Shown here piece after piece: positions 39,301-48,667 of a stretch of 64,000 bases of DNA. Under the pieces are notes generated by a model that worked only from the letters and a program-made list of their open reading frames with translations, was not told the DNA's origin and searched no databases. The stretch is from assembly GCA_965238275.1 (NCBI GenBank), contig OZ250186.1, positions 160,001 to 224,000 of the forward strand, given 5' to 3'. Made by a program: the position numbers and the translations under genes. The stretch is from Nitrosopumilus sp. (GTDB lineage: Archaea > Thermoproteota > Nitrososphaeria > Nitrososphaerales > Nitrosopumilaceae). Each line of letters starts with the position of its first letter. Within the stretch, counting starts at the first letter, position 1.

Positions 39301-41757
39301 TTACCTGCCGGAATGATCATGGTGGCATGAAGCATGCCCATAGCTTGGATCCAATTCCAATGCAGCATCAAAGCACTCCTGTGCCTGCCGACGCCTCCCA
39401 AGGGATTCGAGGGTATGGCCCCTGCTGTGGTGTATGTCGGCATTATTCGGATCCAGTTTCAGTGCAGCATCAAAACATTCCAGTGCCTCCTGATGCCTTC
39501 CGAGCAGTTCAAGCGTGATGCCCCGGATATTGTGTACACTGAGAAGAACCGGATCCAGTTTCAGCGCAGCGTCAAAACACTCCAGTGCACTCAAGGGCAT
39601 CTTAGTTTCCAAAAGACACATTCCCTTGTGGTAGTGCATGTGGGGATCATTAGGATCTAGGTCTATTGCAAGGTCATAGGATGCCGCGGCCGCTTCATAA
39701 TTGGAGAACATTTTGAGGTAGGATCCCTTGGTAATATGCAGCTGGGCATCTTCAGGATCCACGTCAAGTGCTGTGTCGATGCACGCAATTGTCTGCCCTA
39801 TGTTACCAAGCCTTGCAAGAAATTCGGCCTTTTTGACATACATCTCAGAAAAGACAGGATTCATCGCTATTGCCTTGTTGCACAACTCTACTCCCTGCGG
39901 ATACCTGCCAAGTTCCCAAAGAACGTCTGCCTTTTCAGAGTATGCATCAGAAAGGTCAGGATTCAGATCTATTGCCCGGTCATATGAGGCAATTGCCTGC
40001 TCGTGATCTCCAAGTTTCCAGTGGGCATATGCCTTCTCGTAATGCGCCATAGTGGCATCAGGATCCAGATCTATTGCCCGGTCACATGAGACGATTGCCT
40101 CTTCAAAGGCGTCAACCAATACTAGGGATCTTCCCCGGAAGTAGTGTGCGTCAATGTGATCGGGGTTCTTGCTTATTGCCTCATCAAAGCATCGTATGGC
40201 CTTTTTGTGGCTGTCAGTATCTGCAAGGGAGCGCCCTTTCATAAAATACAGGTTAGGAATGTCAAGACCCAGCCTTTGTGCCTTGTTGAAGCATCGCATG
40301 GCATCCTTATTGGAGTCCAGTTCTGCAAGGGAACATCCCTTGTAATAGTACAGTATGGGAAGATCAGGGTAGAGCCTTATTGCCTCATCAAAGCACGGTA
40401 TTGCCTTCCTGTGCATTCCAAGGAATGCAAGGGATCGTCCCTTTTGCTGGTGAGGCGCAGAATAGCCCGGCTCCAGCATTATTGCAGCGTCATAGCACCG
40501 GACTGCCTGTTTGTGATCTTCAGAGTCTGCAAGGACGTTTCCCTTTTCATAGTACGGCCAGCTAGTACCAGGGTAAAGAAGGATGGCAGTATCATAACAC
40601 CGGAGCGCATCCTTGTTCTCGCCAAGAAACGCATGGGAGAGTCCCTTTTCACGGTATACAGGTTCCGGAACCTGTCCAATCTGAATCGCCTTGTCAAAGC
40701 ATGGAATTGCCTGCCGGTAATCATAAAGCCTGAAAAATGCGTGTCCTTTGGAATAGTGTGCCCAGATGTCCTTTGGATCCAGGCGGATTGCCTCGTCAAA
40801 GCATTCCATTGCCTGCCGGTATTCCTTGAGTGATAAAAGGGCGCCTCCTTTGAGGTTGTGGTGTTCAGAATTTTCAGGATCCAGACGTATCATCTCGTCG
40901 TAGCAGGATGCCGCCTCTTTGAATCCTTTAAGGTATTCAAAGCAGCCTCCCTTTCTCAGGTGAGCATCAAGACGGCCAGGATCCAGGCGGATCGCCTCAT
41001 CAAAGGACTCTATTGCCTGTCCGTAATACTTGAACATCTCTAGTGTGCGTCCCTTGTAATAGTGCGCATCTGCGCGACAGTCCAGATCCAGGCGAATCGC
41101 CTCATCAAAGCACGATATTGTCTGCCTGTACTTTTCAGTGGACATGAGGGACAGTCCCTTGAAATATGCGACGCGGCCGTCCTCTGGATTGATCCTCGCT
41201 GCTGCATCATAGCACCGCATGGCCTCCTTGTGCATGTCAAGTGATGCAAAGTGCTTTCCTCTTTGCAGGAATTGTTCTATATCACGCTCAGGTAGTATTT
41301 CGCCGGCGGTGCCTGCGTTCAGGTAGGGCACAGAGGAGGAGGATTCATGTCTGCCATCTGCAGAACTGTCTTGTTCCAACCTCTCAAGGAACAGTGTGCA
41401 CTTTTTCCTGAACTTGGCAGCCTTTTCATCGTTGGGATCTATCTGCAGTGCCGCATCAAAGCACTTTGCGGCCTCGCGGTATCTTTCAATAGACGCAAGG
41501 GCATAGCCCTTGTTGCAGTGAGAATCAATAATGTCAGGGTCTATCCTTATCGCAGCATCAAAGCATTTGATTGCCTCCTCATATCTTTGAAGCAGCGCAA
41601 GGCATGTGCCCTTGTTGTTGCATGAGGCATAATCGGATGGATTTGCCTTGATTGCCCGGGTGTAGTATTTTATTGCCTGGGGGTAGGCACGGAGATCCGC
41701 AAGGGCATCGCCCTTTTTGCGATGGGAGCTGTCATCATTGGAGATCATCCGTTCCAT
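39301..41757 (-). CDS. Large TPR-repeat protein (~20 repeats)
   Basis: Repeated KGxxL...AxxCFDxAIxLDP units; start moved downstream of dps. Confidence 0.88.
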   Translation of the reverse strand: MERMISNDDSSHRKKGDALADLRAYPQAIKYYTRAIKANPSDYASCNNKGTCLALLQRYEEAIKCFDAAIRIDPDIIDSHCNKGYALASIERYREAAKCFDAALQIDPNDEKAAKFRKKCTLFLERLEQDSSADGRHESSSSVPYLNAGTAGEILPERDIEQFLQRGKHFASLDMHKEAMRCYDAAARINPEDGRVAYFKGLSLMSTEKYRQTISCFDEAIRLDLDCRADAHYYKGRTLEMFKYYGQAIESFDEAIRLDPGRLDAHLRKGGCFEYLKGFKEAASCYDEMIRLDPENSEHHNLKGGALLSLKEYRQAMECFDEAIRLDPKDIWAHYSKGHAFFRLYDYRQAIPCFDKAIQIGQVPEPVYREKGLSHAFLGENKDALRCYDTAILLYPGTSWPYYEKGNVLADSEDHKQAVRCYDAAIMLEPGYSAPHQQKGRSLAFLGMHRKAIPCFDEAIRLYPDLPILYYYKGCSLAELDSNKDAMRCFNKAQRLGLDIPNLYFMKGRSLADTDSHKKAIRCFDEAISKNPDHIDAHYFRGRSLVLVDAFEEAIVSCDRAIDLDPDATMAHYEKAYAHWKLGDHEQAIASYDRAIDLNPDLSDAYSEKADVLWELGRYPQGVELCNKAIAMNPVFSEMYVKKAEFLARLGNIGQTIACIDTALDVDPEDAQLHITKGSYLKMFSNYEAAAASYDLAIDLDPNDPHMHYHKGMCLLETKMPLSALECFDAALKLDPVLLSVHNIRGITLELLGRHQEALECFDAALKLDPNNADIHHSRGHTLESLGRRRQAQECFDAALELDPSYGHASCHHDHSGR

Positions 41758-41908
41758 AATGGACAGAACATTGAAAACCGCATATATATATTCAAAATGG
41801 CGCTGGTTACTTTGCCGCCATAGTCCATCACGAATTGTAACAGAATCCGGCACCATCAAATTCGGATACAGCCAAAATAAAAGAGATGTGGTAGGGAGCC
41901 TGCCCCTG

Positions 41909-42385
41909 TCAATCCAGTATGGATCGTAGCATCCAGGCAGTCTTTTCATGCTTTTCCATGAGGCCTATAAGAAAGTCCTCTGTCCCGGCATCAGCGTATG
42001 TGCCGCCGGCCTCAGGAATCTTCCTCCTCAGAACCCTGATGACTGTCTCGTGATCCTCCAAAAGGTTTGAGACCATGGCTGCAGCCTCAGGATACTTCCC
42101 GGGGTGCTCCCCTATCTGGGAGTTTTTCTGAAATTCGGCCAGGGTGGACAACGTCTTGAATCCCAAAGACCTGATTCTTTCGGCAATCTCGTCAATGTCA
42201 TCGGACAGCTCGCTGTACTGTTCCTCAAAGACCTTGTGGTACTCTGCAAAATGCGGGCCCGTAACGTTCCAATGGTAGTTTCGGGTCTTGGTGTACAGGA
42301 CGTACTCGTCACAAAGAACCGATTCAAGGATGCCTGCAACGCCCTTGCGGTTCTGCTCGGATATGCCAATGTCTGTATGTTTCAT
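41909..42385 (-). CDS. dps: Dps / DNA-binding ferritin-like protein
   Basis: NYHWNVTGPHF, H..FEEQY, DEIAERI, EKTAWML. Confidence 0.92.
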   Translation of the reverse strand: MKHTDIGISEQNRKGVAGILESVLCDEYVLYTKTRNYHWNVTGPHFAEYHKVFEEQYSELSDDIDEIAERIRSLGFKTLSTLAEFQKNSQIGEHPGKYPEAAAMVSNLLEDHETVIRVLRRKIPEAGGTYADAGTEDFLIGLMEKHEKTAWMLRSILD

Positions 42386-42392
42386 ACAGTTA

Positions 42393-42426
42393 TTAGGAAT
42401 TATTCATATTTAATTGTTATTCCTAA
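42393..42426. promoter_or_regulatory. Candidate Fur/PerR operator between dps and fur
   Basis: AT-rich inverted repeat TTAGGAAT-N18-ATTCCTAA just upstream of the dps start. Confidence 0.55.
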
Positions 42427-42500
42427 ATCAGAATTATTATCAATAAAGAATCATACCTATTAAGAACAAGCGTTATATATCACAAGCAGTCACGTATATC

Positions 42501-42920
42501 ATGCAGAGGCCAGAGGATGTCGTGAAGCTGCTAAGGGAGGACGGGTTCAGGATAACTCCTCAGAGGGTTGCAATAGTGGAGCACATTCTCAAGACAGACA
42601 AGCATCCCAGCGCAGACTCTATCCACAGGGCAGTCAAAAGAAGGTATCCGATGATCGGCCTCTCGACAGTCTACAAGACACTGGAGATGCTAAAGGGGAA
42701 GAGTCTGGTAAGCGAGATTGGCGTGGACGGACAGGCCAGGTTTGATGCGCATACAGAGGATCACGTCAACCTAGTATGCATGAGGTGCGGCAGGATTGAC
42801 GATATCGACGAAAAGTCAATCAAAAGGATGCAGGCAAGGGTTGCACAAAAGTCTGGATACAGGATTGTGAGGGGCAGCTTTGAGATGACCGGGTATTGTG
42901 CTGGCTGCAGGTCCGATTAG
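42501..42920 (+). CDS. Fur/PerR family transcriptional regulator
   Basis: RITPQR, HPSA, STVYKTL, HVNLVCMRCG, CAGC. Confidence 0.9.
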   Translation: MQRPEDVVKLLREDGFRITPQRVAIVEHILKTDKHPSADSIHRAVKRRYPMIGLSTVYKTLEMLKGKSLVSEIGVDGQARFDAHTEDHVNLVCMRCGRIDDIDEKSIKRMQARVAQKSGYRIVRGSFEMTGYCAGCRSD

Positions 42921-43070
42921 GGTTAACACGATTCCAGGCAGATGCCACGTGCCGGTCTGAAAGGTTTTGGGGGATGCTGCCTGAGCCTGCAGGGCCAAGG
43001 CGGCAAATTGCGAAAGGCAGAAACCGGCAGGATTGTTGATTTATTTAATCGGATTCGGGTACCGGATGCG

Positions 43071-44063
43071 ATGTCAGACGGCGGGCAAAAGTGGACTGTA
43101 GGGAACGGACGCTCAGAGGAGGTCAGGGGCATGATCAGGTCGTATGGGGGAGTCGAGGACGAGGCCATCAAGTCAGATGCAGAGGCGTGGCGCATGCGGA
43201 TTGGCAAGGCGGTGTTTACCATGTACAGAACCGGAACCCTGTATAACAACATGGCAGGCAGCAGGGAGATTCTGGAACTCAGAGATGAGATTGGCAGGTG
43301 CTGCAAGTCCAAGTTTGAGAGTACGGGCAGGGACATCCTCATAGGCGTGGACGAGACCGGAAAGGGGGAGGTTGCCGGAGACGAGGTGCTGTGCGGCGTA
43401 CGTTTTCTGTCAGGCATGTACGGGGAGGTTGACAGCATGGCCGGAATGGCGGACACAAAATCCCGCAGGACGTACGGGTACTGGGACGGAATATTTTCCA
43501 AGGCAGGCAGTCTGGATGGCAGGGGGCTGCGCTCTGACATCGAAAGGATTCATCCAGAGAAGATTGACAAATACAACATAAACAGGCTCATGGATGCCGC
43601 ATACAAGAGGATCATTACACGCCTGATGCAGGGAATGACACCGGACAGGGCAAGCATAGTCGTTGACGACTACCAGATAGGACGCGAACTCAAAGGGTAT
43701 CTTGACAGCCTGCAAAGGAGCGGGGCAAAGATAATAGTCACACACAAGGCAGACGAGAGGTTTCTTGAGGCCAGGCTGGCATCGGCACTGGCAAAGAGGG
43801 AAAGGGAGAGGATAATGGCAGGGATTAATGACGGGTTTGTCATTGACGGCATCTCCATAGGATCCGGCGCGCCATCAGACGAGAGGACAAAAAGATGGCT
43901 TGCCGCATGGAAAAAGTCGGGACGGGAATGGCCGTGGTTCATTAAAAGATCCTACTCCAACATAAGAGAACTTGACGGCCTGTCAGGGAATGTAAAAAAG
44001 TCAGGCGATCCCCATAGTGGGTCGCTCAGCCAGTGGATGGATGGAGATGATGGTTCTGCCTGA
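43071..44063 (+). CDS. Type 2 RNase H with N-terminal extension (RNase HIII-like)
   Basis: IGVDETGKG, DTK, VDD, HKAD..ASALAK; N-terminal FTMYRTGTL. Confidence 0.7.
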   Translation: MSDGGQKWTVGNGRSEEVRGMIRSYGGVEDEAIKSDAEAWRMRIGKAVFTMYRTGTLYNNMAGSREILELRDEIGRCCKSKFESTGRDILIGVDETGKGEVAGDEVLCGVRFLSGMYGEVDSMAGMADTKSRRTYGYWDGIFSKAGSLDGRGLRSDIERIHPEKIDKYNINRLMDAAYKRIITRLMQGMTPDRASIVVDDYQIGRELKGYLDSLQRSGAKIIVTHKADERFLEARLASALAKRERERIMAGINDGFVIDGISIGSGAPSDERTKRWLAAWKKSGREWPWFIKRSYSNIRELDGLSGNVKKSGDPHSGSLSQWMDGDDGSA

Positions 44064-44151
44064 GAATAAATCATTAAACACAAGTTCGTAATGTCAGGCC
44101 GCACCACCAATAAAATATGGCGTGCATGAAAGGTTACAGGAATTGACCCGC

Positions 44152-44982
44152 ATGCTAAAAAAGGCGCTGGAAGGCGTGCTCACACCTGCAGAGAGCAACG
44201 AGTTCGTCTCGGCCTTTGACCAGATAGGGGAGATAATAGTGGTAAGAATCCCGGGCTCCCTCCTTCCAAAGAAGAAGATCATAGGGGAGGCCCTGCTAAG
44301 CCAGGTAAAGATAGCAAGAAGCGTCTTTCACCAGTCATCGGCAGTGGATGGCGACTTTCGCACAAGGAAACTGGAGATTCTTGCGGGGGCAGACAGCACC
44401 GAGACTGAATACAGGGAGTTTGGCTGCAGGTTTGCAGTGGACGTGGAAAATGCGTTTTTTTCTCCCAGGCTGTCCACGGAGAGGGAGAGGATAGCCGGGC
44501 TGGCATGCGACGGGGAGGTCATAGTCAACATGTTCGGGGGCGTCGGGATGTTTTCCATAATGGCTGCAAAGAGGAAAAAATGCACGGTATACAACCTGGA
44601 CATCAACCCTGTCGCCTCAGAACTGTGCAGGAGAAACATCGAATTAAACAGGCTTGCAGGAGACGTGGTATCAATCAACGGGGACGCCTCGGAGATCATA
44701 AGGGACCGGCTTCAGGGGGTGTCGGACAGAACCCTGATGCTGCTTCCGGAGAGGTCTGATGAGTTTCTAGGGTCTGCCGTCACTGCCACCAAGAGCGGGG
44801 GCACCATCCACTACTATTCCCACATACACGCAGACAGAAAATCAGACGCGGGGTCACTTTCTGAGGAGCACTACTCCGGCGTGGCACCTGTCAGAACCAG
44901 CATACACAACTCCAAGATTGTAAGGGCCGTGGGTCCAAGATACTACCAGACAGTCGTGGATGCGCAGATATTCAAGGACTAG
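44152..44982 (+). CDS. Trm5/Taw2-family tRNA methyltransferase
   Basis: FFSPRLSTER, NMFGGVG, DINP, IHYY. Confidence 0.85.
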   Translation: MLKKALEGVLTPAESNEFVSAFDQIGEIIVVRIPGSLLPKKKIIGEALLSQVKIARSVFHQSSAVDGDFRTRKLEILAGADSTETEYREFGCRFAVDVENAFFSPRLSTERERIAGLACDGEVIVNMFGGVGMFSIMAAKRKKCTVYNLDINPVASELCRRNIELNRLAGDVVSINGDASEIIRDRLQGVSDRTLMLLPERSDEFLGSAVTATKSGGTIHYYSHIHADRKSDAGSLSEEHYSGVAPVRTSIHNSKIVRAVGPRYYQTVVDAQIFKD

Positions 44983-45197
44983 CCATCAGAGGTGATGGAT
45001 GCCGGCGACGGCTTGGTTGTTGCCATGACGTATCCAATCCAGGCCACCACTCCGAGTATCCCCCCTGCAATCATCAGTACCGACAGCTGAAGCACGATGG
45101 GGCTCCACTCAGAGAGCATCAGCAGATAGGCATACAGAAAGAATCCCCCTATGCACAGGACAAATATGACAACACCCATCGCCTTGCGCCTGTCCAT
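44979..45197 (-). CDS. Small two-TM membrane protein
   Basis: Two hydrophobic helices, WIGYVMATT motif. Confidence 0.7.
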   Translation of the reverse strand: MDRRKAMGVVIFVLCIGGFFLYAYLLMLSEWSPIVLQLSVLMIAGGILGVVAWIGYVMATTKPSPASITSDG

Positions 45198-45275
45198 GGA
45201 AAAAGACTTTCAGTCTAGTTATTTATTGGTTTGAGGACTATGACCCAGACGCGTAACATTTCCGGGTACCGCACG

Positions 45276-45773
45276 CTAGCGGAGCTCGATGGACATGAGG
45301 TATCCGTCCTCGCCGTCCCTATAGTATGTGTTCAAGCGCTGCCGTATTATAAAGCCCAGTTCCTCATAGAGCCGAATGGCATCGGTGTTGCTGCACCGAA
45401 CCTCCAGGTAGAACTCGTCGCATCCCTTGGACCTTACGCCATTGATTGACTCCTCCACCAAGACCTTGCCTATCCCCTGTCTCCTGTACCTGTCCTCCAC
45501 GGCAACAGAGACCATGTGTCCCTTCTTGACAAAGCCCAGCTTCTTAAAGTTTGAAAACCCGTGCTCCACCTTGCACATGATATATCCCACCCTCTTGTCT
45601 GCAATCTCGGCCACTATGAACGCCTCGGGAATCTCGGCAAGAAGGCTCTCGTAAAAGTAGTCAGAGTAGTGCTCTGGGAGCGTCTTGAGGTTGATCTCCA
45701 TTACGGAGATGAGATCACTTGCCTCGGCCCGCCTGATGCTGTACTGGCCAACCTGCCTGAGAATCATCTGCAT
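45276..45773 (-). CDS. N-alpha-acetyltransferase Ard1/RimI family
   Basis: LPEHY, SVAV..YRRQGIG, LEVRCSN, YYRDGEDGY. Confidence 0.9.
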   Translation of the reverse strand: MQMILRQVGQYSIRRAEASDLISVMEINLKTLPEHYSDYFYESLLAEIPEAFIVAEIADKRVGYIMCKVEHGFSNFKKLGFVKKGHMVSVAVEDRYRRQGIGKVLVEESINGVRSKGCDEFYLEVRCSNTDAIRLYEELGFIIRQRLNTYYRDGEDGYLMSIELR

Positions 45774-45848
45774 GGTGTTAGATGGTACAGAATGGGTATT
45801 TAATTTTAAACCAAAAGACCATTTAATGGAAAGGACGGCAGTCATGGT

Positions 45849-46946
45849 ATGGATGATCCGTCACAGGAGAAGATCACATCGATAGTCCGTCATGTGTTTG
45901 ATGTCAGCGAGTTCACAAAGACGGAGTTTGCGCTGGAGTTTAGGATAGCGGACTGGGATTTTAAGTCAAAGTTTGAGGATCTGGCAAGAAGGCTTGAGGG
46001 CATGAGTTACGTGTGCAGGCTTGAGAGGGTGGACGGGGGCATCTACGTCATAGTCCAAAAGTTCACACGTGGAAAGCAGGGATGGCTGTTCAGGTCATCG
46101 TGGGTTCCCAGGATTCTGTTTGCAGTAGTGGTTACCTTTGTGATGGTGGACGGATACTTTAGGACGGTCTTGGCAAATTCCATAATAAACATAGGGGACC
46201 CGCTCGAGATGGCAGTGGTGTACACCCTGTCGCTTCTTGGCATCCTGGGGGTTCACGAGATGGGCCACATCGTGGCTGCAAGGGTGCACAGGCTTGGCAC
46301 CACCTGGCCCTACTTCATCCCGGGACTTCCGGTGGTGGGAATCCCCACGTTTGGCGCATTCATCAAGTCAAAGGGTCTTACCATCAACAGGGAGATCCTC
46401 TTTGACGTGGCCATTGCAGGCCCTGTTGCAGGCCTTGTCATTGCAGTGATCGTCTCCATGTATGGCGCGTATACCGCGCCGATCCTAGACCCGGCAACAG
46501 CAACGATGCTGTTTGCAGACGACAGGCTGTCGGAGTGGAGCATGGGGGAGCCGCTCCTGATGACTGCCAGCCTGGCGCTGTTTGGCAAGGGGGTTGACAA
46601 CGAGGTCATAATGACGCCGGTGCTGTTTGCAGCATGGATAGGGCTGTTAATCACGTTTCTGAACCTGCTTCCCGCATGGCAGCTTGACGGCGGCCACATG
46701 GCAAGGACGCTGCTTGCCCCCAACCTGCACAGGTATGCCACGTACGGAAGCATCGCGGTGCTGACGCTTTTGGGATACTGGATAATGGCGCTGCTCATCC
46801 TGTTTATGAGCATGAGGGCGCCGAGTGCCACCCCCCTGGACAACGTCACGCCGCTCCCAAGGAACAGAAAGATGGCATATGTCGGAATCATAGTGCTTGC
46901 AGTCCTGTGCGCCCCGCTGCCGGCAGAGCTTGGCCTGCTACTTTAG
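45849..46946 (+). CDS. Site-2 protease (M50)
   Basis: HEMGH, AGP, NLLPAWQLDGGH. Confidence 0.92.
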   Translation: MDDPSQEKITSIVRHVFDVSEFTKTEFALEFRIADWDFKSKFEDLARRLEGMSYVCRLERVDGGIYVIVQKFTRGKQGWLFRSSWVPRILFAVVVTFVMVDGYFRTVLANSIINIGDPLEMAVVYTLSLLGILGVHEMGHIVAARVHRLGTTWPYFIPGLPVVGIPTFGAFIKSKGLTINREILFDVAIAGPVAGLVIAVIVSMYGAYTAPILDPATATMLFADDRLSEWSMGEPLLMTASLALFGKGVDNEVIMTPVLFAAWIGLLITFLNLLPAWQLDGGHMARTLLAPNLHRYATYGSIAVLTLLGYWIMALLILFMSMRAPSATPLDNVTPLPRNRKMAYVGIIVLAVLCAPLPAELGLLL

Positions 46947-48011
46947 CAGCAGCCGGGCACCGTCCTTAACCACGGGTATCTTCTGCCGCGCGCCGTGTGT
47001 CTGCAGGAGGTAGTCAAGGGAGTGCTTTATGCCCGGGAGCGGGATCATGCCAAGTTTTTTGGTGTAAAACTCGGGCAGTACCGATACCAGCGCAGTCTGG
47101 AACTTTTCTTGGGTCTTGAGCAGAAACAGCAGGTTCTCCATCCGGTCCAGATACTTTCTGGGATTGCGTATCTGCTTCTCGTCCAGCCTGCCCTCGACGT
47201 ACTGCCCAAACGCATCAGAGCCCAGCCCCGCGCTGCACTCTGCCACCAGCACTGCAAGGCCGCCTGACTTTACTGCCTGCATGCAGTTCCAGAGTGGGGA
47301 GAGGGACTGGCCAAGGGTGTATCGCCCTGCGTCCCTGCCGGTGCTGACTATCATGGAGCGGTGCCTGCCGGCTTCCCTGATGCCCGGCTTGAGTGACTCT
47401 GTCACGGCAGCCGACTTGGACGGGTGCCCTATGGAGATGTCAACTATCCCCTCGGAGCTTGCAGCTATCTCAATTCCCTGAATCTCAAAGCCGTCGGCAA
47501 ACTTTTTGGCCTCTGCCATGCATGCAGTCTTCTCCCCCGGGGAGGGCAGGTCGCTGCCCCTCTTGGAGTATGCAGCAAGCATGGACTCTGCGCCGAACCT
47601 TCTGAGCAGGCGTGTCGCGACAGTCTCATACCCGAACAGCCCGTCAAACTCGGCTTCGCCTACAAACACAAGATCCGGGTTGATTCCTTCATGCCCGAAC
47701 TCGTCTACTGTGCTTCCCTCAGGCAGGCCCGCCCTGACTGCATTTAGTATTTCCCTGTCTGCCAGGATGCGGGGGAACGGCTTTGACTGTTTCTCGCACA
47801 GCATGAGGAGGGACGCGATAACCTTCTGTACGGATCGGGAGTTGTGCAGGGCTACAAGATCCATGGGCCGTGAAAGGTCAAGGGTCTCCAGCATCCCGTG
47901 AATCACGGGATCCTCAAGGCCGCCGGCAGAGTCAAGCGTCCTGTCCAGGTTCTCGGCACGTATGTCCAGTACGACATCGCCCATGCCGTAGTTCAGCCAG
48001 ATCTCAGGCAT
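46938..48011 (-). CDS. LarA-like (lactate racemase domain) protein
   Basis: IWLNYG N-terminus, GG..VLVAECSAGLG, V..DGA C-terminus. Confidence 0.65.
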   Translation of the reverse strand: MPEIWLNYGMGDVVLDIRAENLDRTLDSAGGLEDPVIHGMLETLDLSRPMDLVALHNSRSVQKVIASLLMLCEKQSKPFPRILADREILNAVRAGLPEGSTVDEFGHEGINPDLVFVGEAEFDGLFGYETVATRLLRRFGAESMLAAYSKRGSDLPSPGEKTACMAEAKKFADGFEIQGIEIAASSEGIVDISIGHPSKSAAVTESLKPGIREAGRHRSMIVSTGRDAGRYTLGQSLSPLWNCMQAVKSGGLAVLVAECSAGLGSDAFGQYVEGRLDEKQIRNPRKYLDRMENLLFLLKTQEKFQTALVSVLPEFYTKKLGMIPLPGIKHSLDYLLQTHGARQKIPVVKDGARLLLK

Positions 48012-48148
48012 ACACTGGTATGTGGTATCAGCTAAAATAAATCCAGTGCGGCTGTGCCGGATTATGCCAGGGGATCCTCATCATGCCCGGGCCGCACCTG
48101 CACGGTACGCTGGAATGACAGTAATCATGGGCTCGTCTGATGCATGGC

Positions 48149-48667
48149 CTATCTTAGGGATTGGTTGGGAATCGGCCCCGACTTGCCCAGTATCAGGTTG
48201 CGCACCTTGACCATCTTGCGTGCCAGTATGAATCCTCCGCCTGACATGCAGCTTCCTATTATTACGTGCAGCAGGCTGGAGTCTTGCTGAGGGGCAACCA
48301 GCAGGACATAGACAAATCCGGCGATCATCAGCAAGACCCCAAATGCCGCAAAGATTGCCATCATCATGGGAATTCTAGGGGGGATGGGAGGCAGTCCGTC
48401 TGGAGGACGATCGATGAATCGCGCGTCCTTGCAGACATTGCAGCAGCGTCTCTGCTTTTTTTCATGCCATACGGACTCTAGGAAATAAAATTCTTGATGA
48501 CATGAGCTGCACGCGGTTTTTGGCATGGTTACCCTTCCATGGTCGTCAAAGTCCTGGCCTATCCTCTTCATGCACTCCTTGCAAAAGTACCCGCGGACGC
48601 GCCACTGCTTTTGAAAGTTGTACTTTTTCCAACCCAGCGGAACGTTGCAGCCTGAACAGGAAGTCAT
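48149..48667 (-). CDS. Zn-finger membrane protein, C-terminally truncated copy
   Basis: Four CxxC pairs + two TM helices; diverges from 53480 copy after ILGKS. Confidence 0.7.
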   Translation of the reverse strand: MTSCSGCNVPLGWKKYNFQKQWRVRGYFCKECMKRIGQDFDDHGRVTMPKTACSSCHQEFYFLESVWHEKKQRRCCNVCKDARFIDRPPDGLPPIPPRIPMMMAIFAAFGVLLMIAGFVYVLLVAPQQDSSLLHVIIGSCMSGGGFILARKMVKVRNLILGKSGPIPNQSLR

